Source of the DNA: Octopus vulgaris
Lineage: Eukaryota
NCBI GenBank assembly: GCA_951406725.2
Contig: OX597817.1
Coordinates: forward strand, 80,786,001 to 80,850,000
DNA length: 64,000 nucleotides
Direction: 5' to 3'
The position numbers and the translations under genes were made by a program. Numbering within the stretch: position 1 is the first letter of the stretch; every line of letters begins with the position of its first letter. Positions 26,466-39,370 of the stretch are shown here, piece after piece. The notes under the pieces are model-generated. The model was given only the letters and a program-made list of their open reading frames with translations. It had not been told where the DNA came from and searched no databases.

Positions 26466-27986
26466 TGTAATATTTAAATATTCACTTATTCATTTCCCTT
26501 ATTCACCAAGTTCATAATTAAAGACCGACCTACACACAACATTTCAGGCCTTGTGTCTTTAGAAGAAAGAATTATATTGACCCAGAAATTTGCGGTCATA
26601 ACTATAATTTAAAGTTATGTAACCGACTGTAGCCATCTTCGTTAATAAGCAGAACTGCGAGTTGAGTGGAAGCTAATGATTGTTAAATAGTGCTCCAGTA
26701 AAGTTATTTCAACAAGTATTTGTTGCAAATCTTTATGATTTATTCCATATCAAAGTATGATCTATTCCATATCAAAGGTTCAGATTTTACCTGGTCGGAA
26801 TTAAGAATTAAACCGTTTGACTATAAAACTAGTAACTTAATCACACAGTCATATCAACGTTTGTTTTTGTAAGTAACTCATTGAATAAGTCTCTTTGAAG
26901 CCCGTGCTTCGCTGCATGTATCACTTTTATGTAAATAATAAATGAATGCTTGATGGCGGAAACATTTCTTTAAACACATTTTAGTATTTAGCTGGTACAT
27001 GTTGAATCGAAACTTAGACAGATGAACTTAATAGTTGATTTGGATAGGGTTTGAACTTAAAATAAAAACGCTGCAAGTTAAGTATCGACTCTTTTTATTC
27101 AAGTAAATTTTAAAATACCAAATCTAATGAATTAAATATTTAAACCAACATTTCTTAATAACTGCAATCTAGTTAATTAAATGATGTTATTGAGAAATGA
27201 AAACAAATATATGATATTGACGTTTAATAACCAGATTTTGTATATTCAGTTAATCGTTTTGCTTATTTACCGAGTTCATAGCTAAAAATCGACCTACGCA
27301 CAACAACGCCATATGCACATTGCCCAACTACCAAATCAACAATGAGAGCATATGTTTGCGGTTCTATATAGTGTATAAAATCACAAAGGATAAATACAAT
27401 AAGTGGACATTCGGGTTAAAGAAAATCTCTATACTGATACTTCTTCTGTCAAAAACACACCTGCATAAATACCAAACTGAAGGCATCTAGGTCTCCATTG
27501 ACGCCACGGAACAAAACATTTGGAACTTAGGAATAAGAGAACCAATCATCTTTAGCATGATAAAATCACGTATTAATAACGGAATAGAGCTGCATGCAGT
27601 TGATTGACTTTTTAAGCAATGCTATCCTGCGCATGCCAAGTCCCCATTCTTCATGCACGACATACATATACACAGAGATACTAAAGAGCAGAGAAGCTAC
27701 TTCGCGACACCAAAACTCCGATATATTTTTCCTGAAAAGAGGATAAAAACTTCAAAATATCGAAATATAAAATAAATGTGCAAGTCATTGATGTATCTTA
27801 TTCGAAACGCAACGTCAACCTCGGCGGTATTGTAACTCAGAACATGAAGCCCGAAGAAATGCCGCTAATAATGCTATTAAGAACAACAAAATCAACACCA
27901 CCACCACTACCAACAACAACAACAACAACAACAATAACAACAACAACAAAAATAATAATAATCATAATATTAATAATAATAATAAT

Positions 27987-28064
<78 letters not shown>

Positions 28065-28065
<1 letters not shown>

Positions 28066-28278
28066 TCCTTTCTATTTAAGGCACATAGCCTGAAATATTG
28101 GGGAAGGAAATGAGTCGTTTATATCGACCCCAGTATTTCATTGGTACTTAATTTATTGACCCCAAAGAATGAAAGGCAAAGTCGACCTCGGCGGAATTTG
28201 AACTCAGAACGTAAGAACGGACGAAATACCGCTAAACATTTTCCCGGCACGCTAACGTTTCTGTCAGCGCACCGCCTT
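28065..28278 (-). mobile_element. Group B SINE
   Basis: Close match to 1089-1320 and 32185-32395. Lies between two (AAT)n arrays. Confidence 0.85.
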
Positions 28279-28312
28279 AGTAATGATGATGATGATGAGG
28301 AGGAGGAGGAGG

Positions 28313-28384
<72 letters not shown>

Positions 28385-28387
<3 letters not shown>

Positions 28388-29260
28388 CAAAAGCTGTAAA
28401 ACAAATGAAATCCAAACTAAAACTAGAACAGCAACGGATCATGATAAAATGATGGCAAGAAAAGCCCTTTCATGGCAAATACTGGGTTAAATTAAACGCA
28501 AAATAAATAGACAAAGCAAAATCTCATCAATGGCTGAGAAACTCAGGACTCAAAGCAGAGACTGAAGGATTTTTAACTGCAGCACAAAACCAAAGCCTTC
28601 CCACCAGAAATTACCAAAACCATATAAGGAAAAGAAACAAGTAACTGCAGAATATTTTAAGGTGGACAAGAAACAATAAATCATATTGTCTCTGGTTGCC
28701 CAGTCTTGGCTAAGAAGGAATATATTCACAGACACGACAGAGTTGGGACCTACATACACTGGAAGCTATGCCGACACTATGGAATAATAACCGAAAAAAT
28801 ATGGTATAGGCACACGCCAGAAAAGGTCGGTGAAAATGAGAAAGCAACAATACTATGGGGTATGCCAATACACACTGAGAAATTAAGGCCAATAGGCCAG
28901 ATATAGTTGTTAGAGATCATGAAGAGAAAAAAGTGCTTTCTAATTGATGTATCAATACCAACAGATGATAACGTTTCTCTAAAAGAAATGGAGAAACTTT
29001 CAAAATACAAAGACCTGGAAATAGAGGTAACTCGAATGTGGAGTCTCAAAACAGAAACAATTTTTATCATAGTGGGTGTATTAGGTATGATAAAAAAAGA
29101 TATTCAGACATAACAAAAACACCAGGACTAACAAATATATACAACATACAGAAAATAGCAATACTAGGCACCGCACACAAAAAACTTTCAATACAGTAAC
29201 TAAAAGAGCATCGCAAAAAACTACAGCACATACCCAAAGCACGCATAGCTGCCTTCGGTA
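28385..29260 (+). mobile_element. R4/Dong-like non-LTR retrotransposon 3' fragment (CCHC and restriction-like endonuclease)
   Basis: HGKYW, ETEGFLTAAQNQSLPTRNY, INHIVSGCPVLAKKEYIHRHDRVG, RPDIV, LIDVSIPTD...EKLSKYKDL. Begins at an (AAT)n array. Confidence 0.9.
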
Positions 29261-29416
29261 GTTTTTTTTTTTTTTTTTTTTTTTCCATTTTCAGCTCTTT
29301 AGCTGTGGCCATGCAGGGCGCCGCCATTGTGGTGAAACAAGTTAGAGCCTCGTAGAGCTTTTAAATAAACACACACAACGCCCAGTCTGAGAATCGAATC
29401 GATCCTGCGACCGCGA

Positions 29417-29467
<51 letters not shown>

Positions 29468-29512
29468 GCGTTCAACATAGGCATGCAGAGAAACAAGTTA
29501 CAAAAATAATAT

Positions 29513-29599
<87 letters not shown>

Positions 29600-30141
29600 G
29601 CGTTCAACATAGGCACAAAACCCCACTACTTGATTGGTGCTGTGTTTCGATTCCAGAAAGATGGAAACTAAACATGGTGACTAAATACTGCAATGTAGTT
29701 TATTCGGTGCTCAACCGATCCTGCCAACTATATAAAGTTATCCGTTGTGCATTAGATTGTCATATTTTCCTTCACTGACCTTTGATTTATGAGTTAGGAT
29801 TTCTGGAGGTAAGTTAAGAATCCTCTGATAATAAACTACATATGGACCCCTTCAGAATATCGATCAAGTGGTCAGTTTTGCGTATCGTTCCGTCGAGAGC
29901 CTTCACCGACGGTAAGTTATACAAGCTTGTGTTTGTTGATGGTAGTAAAAGAAGTGCTAAGGTTGACGAGGGTGAAAGTGATGAGTAAAAAAATGTCATT
30001 AATCATAAACAGAATTCGTGAATGAAGAAGAGGATGGATGTCCAAATGCCGGCTGAAAGTTTGTTTGTTTAAAGATATTAAGATATTGTTGAACTGGTGC
30101 GAGAGCGGCAACAAGCAATAGTTGGACGGAACACATTTGTC

Positions 30142-30210
<69 letters not shown>

Positions 30211-30265
30211 CAGATGTAAATGTACTTTTGTGTGTATGTGGGTGTGTGGGGGTGAGGGTGGGAGT

Positions 30266-30426
30266 AGGCGCAGGTGTGGCTATGTGGTAAGAAGCTTGCT
30301 TTACAGTCTCATCGTTCCGAGTTCAGTCCCACTGCTTAGCACCCTGGGCAGGTGTCTTCTACTATAGGGTCGGGGCGACCAAAGCCTTGCGAGTGGATTT
30401 GGCCGACGGAAATTGAAAGAAGCCCG

Positions 30427-30494
<68 letters not shown>

Positions 30495-30716
30495 ATGTGT
30501 GTGTGTGCATGTGTGTGTGCGTGCGTGTGTGAGTGTATGTGTATATGTTGTGAGAATGTGTGTGTGTGTGTCTGTGTTTGTTCTCTACCACTGCTTGACA
30601 ACCGGTGTTGGTATGTTTATCTTCCCGTAAATTAGCATTTCGACAACAGAGACTGATACAAAAATTATTGAACTCAATTCATTTGACTAAAAATTCTTCA
30701 AGGCAGTGCCCCAGCA
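30266..30716 (+). mobile_element. Group A SINE with internal (TG)n
   Basis: tRNA-like head GTGGCTATGTGGTAAG...GAGTTCAGTCCC, CCCTGGGCAGGTGTC (CORE-like), internal microsatellite. Confidence 0.85.
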
Positions 30717-31324
30717 TATATATATATATATATATATACAGACAGTCAGGTCTCTCCTCTGAGAGACTTTTATGCTCATTCGATTCGGTAAATCTAATAG
30801 CCAAATTTCGTTAAAATTAAAATCTAAAAGCTTCAATAATTAAAACCATATTACGAGATGTAATCCTCTAAATTTCTGATCCATACGGTGCTATCAAGCA
30901 GTCCATTCTTTGATGGTTCGGTAGCATATCAGTTTTTTTTTTTCTGAGGAGAGATTTGCCGCCCCTCGTCCACCACTTTTCGATTTCTCGAGAAATAAAC
31001 TAGTTGAGTCACTTCGCACAACCCTTCTCACAGGATAATTTAACCGATTCCTACACAGAGAATGAAAATAAGGGAAAAATGAAGGATAAGAAAGGAGAGG
31101 AAGAAGAATCGATCTCAGTATTTGGCTAGAACTTTATTGATCCCTAGAATAATGAAAGGTGAAACTGACCTTGATGGGATTTGGACTCAAGACCTATGCC
31201 ACTGAAATAAAATACGAGTAGCCACTTTACCGGACATTACGGCGACTCCTCTAATTCACCGTAACTAGATACACTTTTACTTGAAATAAGAAGACACCCT
31301 TTTAGCGGGACCACCACACTGGTA

Positions 31325-31536
31325 TAATCCTTTCTACTATAGGTACAAGGCCTGAAATTTGTGGGTAGGAGGTAATTTAATCACAGTAACCCCCGTACAT
31401 GACTGGTACGTAGTTTATCGACCCCGATAGGATTAAAGACAAAGTCGGCGGAAATTGAACTGAGAACGTAAAGACAGACGAAATACCACTAAGCATTTTG
31501 TCCGGCATCATAATGATTCTGCCAACTCGCCACCTT
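31325..31536 (-). mobile_element. Group B SINE
   Basis: Homologous to 28065-28278. Confidence 0.8.
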
Positions 31537-31744
31537 AACATTCATGTATAACAGAACAGATATGGGTATGCCCAAAGCTGTGTCATTACAAATGTATTCT
31601 CCCAAAAATGAGACTCAGTGAAGGAACGTCTAAATTATGTTCAGTTATGAATAATGCACTGCACAGTGTGTGTATATGTGGAAGGTTTTAAATCTATATG
31701 TATATATGCATATTTTCATAAATGAAAACTGTAATACATTTTAT

Positions 31745-32047
31745 GGAGGCGCAATGGCCCAGTGGTTAGGATAGTGAATTCGCGGTCGGAGGATCGCAAT
31801 TTCGATTCCCAGACCAGGCGATGTGTGTGTTTATTGAGCGAAAACACCTAAAGCTCCACGAGCTCCGACAGGGAGTGGTGGAGACCCCTGTTGTACTCTT
31901 TCGCCCCAACTTTCTCTCACTCTTTCTTTCTGATTCTTGAGTAACGCTGCGATGGACTGGCGTCCCATCCAGCTGAGGGGAACACATACGCCATAGAAAC
32001 CGGGAAACCGGGCCCATGAGCCTGGCTAGGCTTGAAAAGGGCGCATA
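31745..32047 (+). mobile_element. Group C SINE, full length (tRNA head and V-domain-like segment)
   Basis: GGAGGCGCAATGGCCCAGTGGTTAGG (A box), TTTCGATTCCC (B box), CTGCGATGGACTGGCGTCCCATCCAG. Confidence 0.85.
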
Positions 32048-32184
32048 AGTAAATAAAGATAATGCATTTTATACAGAAAAAATCAGTATATTCGCCATCA
32101 GAAAAATATGCAGTTAACGTTTATTAAACAAAATTTGTGTATTGTGATGTCTGTATGTTTTGATGTCATAGCTTTATATATACT

Positions 32185-32395
32185 TTTCTTCTCTATGTAC
32201 AAGGCCCGAAATTTTGTGGGAGGGAGCCAGTCGATAAGTCTACCCCAGTACGCAACTGGTACATAATTTATTGATCCCGAAAGGATGAAAGGCAAAGTCG
32301 AGCTCGGCGGAATTTGAACTCAGAACGTAAAGACAGACGAAATACCGCTAAGCATTTCGCCCAGCGTGCTAACATTTCTGCAGGCTCGTCGCCTT
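32185..32395 (-). mobile_element. Group B SINE
   Basis: Close match to the other group B copies. Confidence 0.85.
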
Positions 32396-32710
32396 GTCAT
32401 AGCTTTATATATAGGACATCTATTTCTAGCATGTGTTATATTGATTCATTTATTAAATATCAGTTTCAAATAATTTGTCATTTCTTTTACACGACGGGTA
32501 TACTGATAGATAGATTGATAGATAGATAAATAAACATACTAAAAGATAGACAGATAGATAGATATGTTTCTTTATTAATCACACAGGGCTAAACACAGAG
32601 GGGACAAATTACAAAGTAGAGCTTTTCTTTTGGGGGAGGAAAAAGATTTAAAAAAATAAAAAATAAAATATTTTAATCAAAAATATAAAAAAGGGGGTAG
32701 GTATTCGATC

Positions 32711-32817
<107 letters not shown>

Positions 32818-32865
32818 TATACATATATACACAATTGCATATATTACTTTACATATATATATACT

Positions 32866-33022
32866 TTATTTATTCTCTCTCAGTTTATTTCCTCGTGTTC
32901 CTTTCTGTGGAAGAGCGTAGACTCGAAACGCAAAAGACATTTTCACTTTCCTGAGCGTCAAACTAATACGCTTGTTGTTTATAAAGCTGATTTCGTTTTT
33001 TGTTTTTCTGTAAATTTCTATT
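32866..33022 (+). mobile_element. Short Penelope-terminus-like element between TA repeats
   Basis: CTTTCTGTGGAAGAGCGTAGACTCGAAACGCAAAAGAC. Homologous to 51905-52075 and 35705-35885. Confidence 0.6.
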
Positions 33023-34410
33023 ATATATACAAGTATTCGTGTATATACATATGTGTGTGTGTGTATGTATGTATGTATGTATGTATGTATGTATGTATGT
33101 ATGTATGTATGTATGTATGTATGTATATATGTACATATATATATATCCATACATACATACATACATATATTTACATACATATATACATATGTGTGTATGT
33201 ATACATATATATGTATACACACGTGTGTGTGTGTGTGTGTGTGTATACATACATGAATACATACATGCAATTATTGGTTATCTATTTTCTGGCCCGGAGA
33301 TCTTGACAGAAATGTCGACCTCACCAAGATTTGAAATGACACCGTGAAGATAGGAATCGAAACATCGCAAAAGACTTGGGTTGGTGTTCCACAGTTTCTG
33401 TGAACTTTCTAGAAACTCTTCTTATTTTCTAATTGTTGCTTCCGTGGTTCATTCCATTACCTCCTACCCATTACTGCAATTTTCTTGTCGTCGTCGTCGT
33501 TGTCATCTTTGTTGTTGTTGTCGCTTTTGCAATTGTTGTTGTCATTAAATTTTCAAAAAGAACACACAACAACAACAAAAAATGGCTTGTGACGTCTATC
33601 AGTGTTAATCACAACAAACTCATAAATATCCCTTCTGGAAAATTAGTTTTATAAACGAGATATGTATCTACTAATCTTTGTTAGTTTGACATCACTCGTA
33701 TTAATACCACGTTCTCTATGACAGATATTCAAAAGCGCAAGATTGGAGTGAATATGAAAGCTGTGTTTTACTAAAAGACAAAGAGCAAAAGAGAGAGAGA
33801 GAGAGAGAGGGAGGAGAGAACATGAGAGAAAGAAAAAGAATAGGAGTGAAAGTGAAAGAAAATTGAGACAGAGAAAAAGAGAGAATAACGTAGACATGTG
33901 AGATTATTACACAGCACTTTGTATGAGTCATATTTCTAGATGTAATTTACTGGAGCCAACCATCGATAACTACTACTAATGATATACATAATAATACACA
34001 AGTAGAATTTTTCATCTTGAAAATAAACAAAACAACAATCAAATACTTTCGATGGAGAAGATTTAGAGACAAATCATTGAAGCTATGTATATCGTACATA
34101 TGGCCGAGCTGAGATTGGTATGTGGTTTCGATTCCTGTTGCGAGACAAATCTCTTCATTTTGGTTGTCAATTAAAACATTTCAGATAAACATGACTATTA
34201 TATTACACCGGTATTTGTTAGCCCTATAAATATGTAATCTGCTTTTTATCGGAAAAGACCTCGAGTGGGTCAACTAGGCGATGAGGTTTTTAATGTTGAA
34301 AGATCCGAATTCCCTTGAGAATCCCAAACCTTTACTGACAACACATTCCTACGCATCCATAAGATGCATATTGGAACTGAACTACATTATATGTGTGTGT
34401 GTGTGTGTGT

Positions 34411-34456
<46 letters not shown>

Positions 34457-34521
34457 CGGAGTAAGCACATAAATGTAAAACATGGTGGAAAAAAGAGTAC
34501 TCAAATACAAAAGGTAGAGTA

Positions 34522-34658
34522 ATATGCTTTATTTAAAAGCAGCAGAAATATAACAAAAGCTGTTACTCAGCGTTTCACAAAACTGTCCGACGAACGGGAA
34601 CGGGAAACTTTGAGTAACAGCTTTTGTTATATTTCTGCAGATTTTAAATAAAGTATAT
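34522..34658. repeat. ~55-bp inverted repeat (tail-to-tail Penelope-type termini)
   Basis: GCTTTATTTAAAA..GCAGAAATATAACAAAAGCTGTTACTCA / TGAGTAACAGCTTTTGTTATATTTCTGC..TTTTAAATAAAG, with CCGACGA..GAAAC in the loop. Confidence 0.8.
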
Positions 34659-34673
34659 ATATATATGTATGTG

Positions 34674-34734
<61 letters not shown>

Positions 34735-35566
34735 GTATGTACACATATATATATATATACACACATATATATACATACATATGTACATAGAAAGAGAGAC
34801 AGACAGAAAGACAGACATGTAAATAGAAACAAAGACACAGAGAGTCAAAGACACAGCCTCAGCGATGGTTTCCATCTAGGGGACATCTATTTTTCTTTAT
34901 TTACATGGCAGGGTGTCACATATGCTATAAAGGGATTTTAAGAAGTTCAATAATCTGAAATTATCCCAGTAATTAGATAAAATCCTCATCTATGTTTATT
35001 TGAAATCTAAAAACCACAAACATGGTATATAACTTCAAGAAGATAGGTCGACGCAAATTTGTAGTCAATAAAGACCAATGGTCCTTGAAGTGTGCTCCAA
35101 CGAGTTTTTAAAATTCAGTTAAACGCTTTAGAAAATTCATGCCATTGTGTATCTTATTCATAATTTTATTATACACTAATAGGATTAATTAAATATGTCA
35201 CATAATAGCTTTGAGTTTTTAACTTTTATCTTTACAAACTAATTTTGGGGGATTTCCAAGCAAAATGTACTTGTAATTTTTAGTTTGGTCTTTTGTCGCC
35301 TGTATGTCATGATTTCATAACGATTGCGAACGAAAAATATGGAGATGACTCGTTGTATTTATTATTAGGATATCCATGTCGTCAAAAATGCCGGCAGTTC
35401 TGTTAATGATAAAAAATGGTGTATCAAAACAATGGGAGAAAGCATTGATAAAAGTTAACAATCAAGTAAATATACATGCATACAAAGAATTGAAGATAAT
35501 ATATGGTACCAAGAGATTACAACCGTATTTATTCAAGTGCGTCAATTCTGTGATGCAATATATTAT

Positions 35567-35660
<94 letters not shown>

Positions 35661-35704
35661 GTGTTTATGTGTAGGTATATGATATGTATATATATATATA
35701 TATA

Positions 35705-35882
35705 TTCTTTCCGATTTTTTGTTTTCGTTCACTCTCTTGTTTTTTTCCCTCTCAATCTTCTCAGTCGAGCGTTGGCTCGAAACATCAAGGACTTTTCCAT
35801 TTTTCCCGAGCGTTAAACTAATACGCCTTCACGCTTGTTGTTTCTTCACCTGTTTTCGTCTTTTGTTCTATGTAAATTTGAG

Positions 35883-35885
<3 letters not shown>
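35705..35885 (+). mobile_element. Short Penelope-terminus-like element
   Basis: GAGCGTTGGCTCGAAACATCAAGGACTTTTCC...CCCGAGCGTTAAACTAATAC. Confidence 0.55.
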
Positions 35886-35942
<57 letters not shown>

Positions 35943-35993
35943 GCGTGCGTGTGTGTGTGAATGTGTATATAAATATATATATATATGGATACA

Positions 35994-36740
35994 TAGTGGA
36001 TGTCCCAGAAAGATCTACCGATGATTTAAAACATTCTTGAAAGCTATTGGATAAAGCAGCAATATTTTTGATTGCGCACAACGATTTGTGTATATTTCAG
36101 CTTCTAGTTTAGTCTATAATAGTACTGTCAACAAATATGGCGTCTCAAGGTAAACGTGATCAAATAGTTACATCACCCTCAGCAGGAAAATCTAACAAAG
36201 ATATTGCAAAACAGCTTAAATGTGTATTGTAAGACGGTGTATGTTTGGAAATGTTACAATCAATCTGGCATGACATCAAGCAAGCCAATTTTAGGGCGTA
36301 AAAGAACTGTTCCCACCAAACCTATAATTGACACTGTGAGAAAAGTAGTTCACAAGAATCCTCGTTGAAGCATACGAAAAAATGGCAAGAGAGCTTAATA
36401 TTTTGAAATCTTCAATGCACGAGATTGCTAAAGAGGATCTCAGACTAAATGAATATAAAAAGCAAAAAAGTAATTGCGGCAACTTTGAAGAAAAGACGGC
36501 TCAACAGGAGGGAAAGATGTCAGCGAAGATGAATAGCACCACAAAGTATTCATTTGAAGTGATGAGAATATCTTTACCGTTGAGGCTGTTACGAATGACT
36601 GACTGTACGCTACTGATGCTTAGGACTTGTCTGAAGGGAACAGAACCCATTTCCATTCCATCGTCCAAAACCAGCTGGGGTCATGATGTGAGCTGCTGTA
36701 GCATATATGATGGATCCAAGTCTCCTCTGGTCCTCACTTA
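35994..36740 (+). mobile_element. Tc1/mariner remnant, maT (DD37D)-like, 3' truncated
   Basis: From ATG 36137: MASQGKRDQIV..GKSNKDIAKQL, then RKRTVPT, KNPR*SIRKMARELNI..IAKEDLRL and SDENIFTVEA. Confidence 0.75.
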
Positions 36741-37281
36741 CGAATATTTGTCTGTTAAAGTGTTATATTTTGTCACCGTGTCCTGTAACGAAATGGCTCA
36801 ATAAACAGATATTGATTGCACAAGAAACAAACTGAAATAGATACTGAATTCGATAAATATGACTGAACCCTTAAAGGTAGCGTCTCAGCTTGGCCGCAGT
36901 CCCGTGATTGAAACCAATAAAAAGAATATAAGAATACAAGAATTAAATAATAATTAGACAGTATGATTTAGAACCCTTCAGTATGTTTTACAAAAATACA
37001 GCAATGATAGAAAATATCAATAATTAATAAGACAAGTAGTAATATATTTGCGGAGAGAAAAATTAAGGTTATTACTGCTGCTTTTGCCGCTGCTGCTGCC
37101 GCTGCTACTGTTGCTGCTGCTGCAGCTTCTGTTCTGGCTGCCGTTGCTCGTGGTTTGCTTTTCTATAATATTTTTCTATTGAGAACTTCCACTTAATTTG
37201 AACGTCTTTCGTTTGTCTTGTATTTCTTGCTTGGTTATTCCCCTATATACTGACCGACAAAATACATACATACATATACAC

Positions 37282-37383
<102 letters not shown>

Positions 37384-37471
37384 TACATACACACTTACGT
37401 ACGTAATACATACATACATACATACAAATATGTGTGTGTGTGTATCTATGCAAGTGTACGTATATACATAC

Positions 37472-37505
<34 letters not shown>

Positions 37506-37587
37506 TTGTAATGAGATAGATAAATAGACAGATATGTACGTATGTGTATTTGTATACACGCAAATGTATATATCTCTATATATATAT

Positions 37588-37725
37588 AACAGGCTTCTTT
37601 CAGTTTCCGTCAACCAAATCCACTCACAAGGCTTTGGTCGGCCCGAGGCTATAGCAGGAGACACTTGCCCAAGGTGCCACGCAGTGAGACTCAACGCAGA
37701 ACCATGTAGTTGGAATGCAAGCTTC
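37588..37725 (-). mobile_element. Group A SINE, 5' half
   Basis: Matches 52880-53010. Confidence 0.8.
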
Positions 37726-38897
37726 TTTATTTCATGAAATTGGCCATGAAGGCCGTACATAGAGGGGACAGCACAAGGTGTTGATAAAAAAACAAAACGA
37801 ATGAAAAAGATGAATTGAATATAATGAAAAGATGGAATGAAGCCGTTCGGCCCCACCTCCGAGCGACTTCATTGAACCTGTTAATACAACTCTTTTTTTA
37901 AACATTAACTTAAACTGCCATTGATAATGCCTTTGTGACAGCTAGTTTCCACTACTTTGGAAAATATCTATGTCCAGTTCCTTCAAAATGTAAGCATAAC
38001 TTACCCTTTTAGGTATTTTGCTGGCGTCCATTTTCGTAACCCATCAATCGGAATCAGTTTCTTCTTCGTACTTTATCAATCTTGAGAGGTACTCCGGGTC
38101 CACCACTGCACAGCAAACGTCCTCGGGCAACCCTCCTACCCTTGTTGTGACCACTTCTATTGCTTCGTCTCATGTCTTTATATCGTTCCAAAGTTCTTCT
38201 TTATTCCTGTTATATAATATAACAAATTTATCCATGGGCCGAGATGAGGACATTTGGGGGTCCTGTGTGTTTGTGCTTGTGTTTATGTCAAGCGGGGTAT
38301 GGTGAGGGTTGGTGTCTGTAAGGGTAGTTGGGGTAGAGTAGGTGTGGGTGGAAGCCGAGTAGGTGTGGTTTGGGGGTCGTCCATTACTACGTGCATCCTC
38401 TTTCTCTTTTTCCCGCCGTTTCCTAGAATTCGCGCCTAACTTTTGTTTCTATGGTTAATGTTATAAACAACATTGATTTTTTTTCTTTCTTTTTTCATTT
38501 GTTAGAGATTAATGGTTTGCTATGTCTGCTTATTCAATATTGCTCAGTTTTCCTCCTTTAAATTCTCAGCTAATATTTTTCACAAACCACTTCTTTCGTT
38601 GCGTGATCAGGTCTGCTATGCTTATGGCTAGTACTTTTCGCAGATAACACAGAAAAAGAAACCATATCAAGATACAAATAAAGAAATGTTTACAAAATAT
38701 GAATTTAAAAAATGCCAAAGTGCAAAACCATCTTTTTCAGTTTAAGATAAATGAATTGAATACGCGATTGATTCAAAGCTTCTGTTAGTAAACGACAAAA
38801 AAAACTTCCTGAAATACATGTTACATCTGAATCTTCCATAGAAATGTGTTTGGACACTTCCTTTCAACTGAAAATACAGCAACAACAGCAGCAGCAA

Positions 38898-38974
<77 letters not shown>

Positions 38975-39370
38975 AAATGTTTCAAATTTTGGCACAAGCC
39001 AGCAAGACTAGAGTCCTCTAGAAGGAGAGGGATAGTCAATTACATCGACCCCAGTACTTGATTGGGGCTATATTTTATCAACCTAGATGGGCTGAAGGGC
39101 AAAGTCTACCTCGGCGGAATTTGAAATCAGAACGTAACGACAGACGAAATACTTATTTCTTTAATACCTACAAGAGGCTAAACACAGAGAGGACAAACAA
39201 GGACAGACAAACGGATTAAGTCGATTATATTGACCCCGGTGCGTAACTGGTACTTATTTAATCCACCCCGAAAGGATGAAAGCCAAAGTCGACCTCGTCG
39301 GAATTTGAACTTAGAACGTAACGGCAGACGAAATAGTGCAAAGCATTTCGCCCGGCGTGTTAACGTTTCT
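38975..39370 (-). mobile_element. Two adjacent group B SINE copies
   Basis: ATCGACCCCAGT...GGCAAAGTC..CCTCG..GGAATTTGAA..CAGAACGTAACG occurs twice. Confidence 0.8.

Noticed and set aside
29800-29920. Two plus-strand GGTAAGT donor motifs
   Set aside because: No matching acceptor or open exon could be identified, so the evidence is too weak.
31745-31820. tRNA gene (A and B boxes)
   Set aside because: It continues into a multi-copy SINE body with no proper acceptor stem or terminator. The same applies to the other SINE heads.
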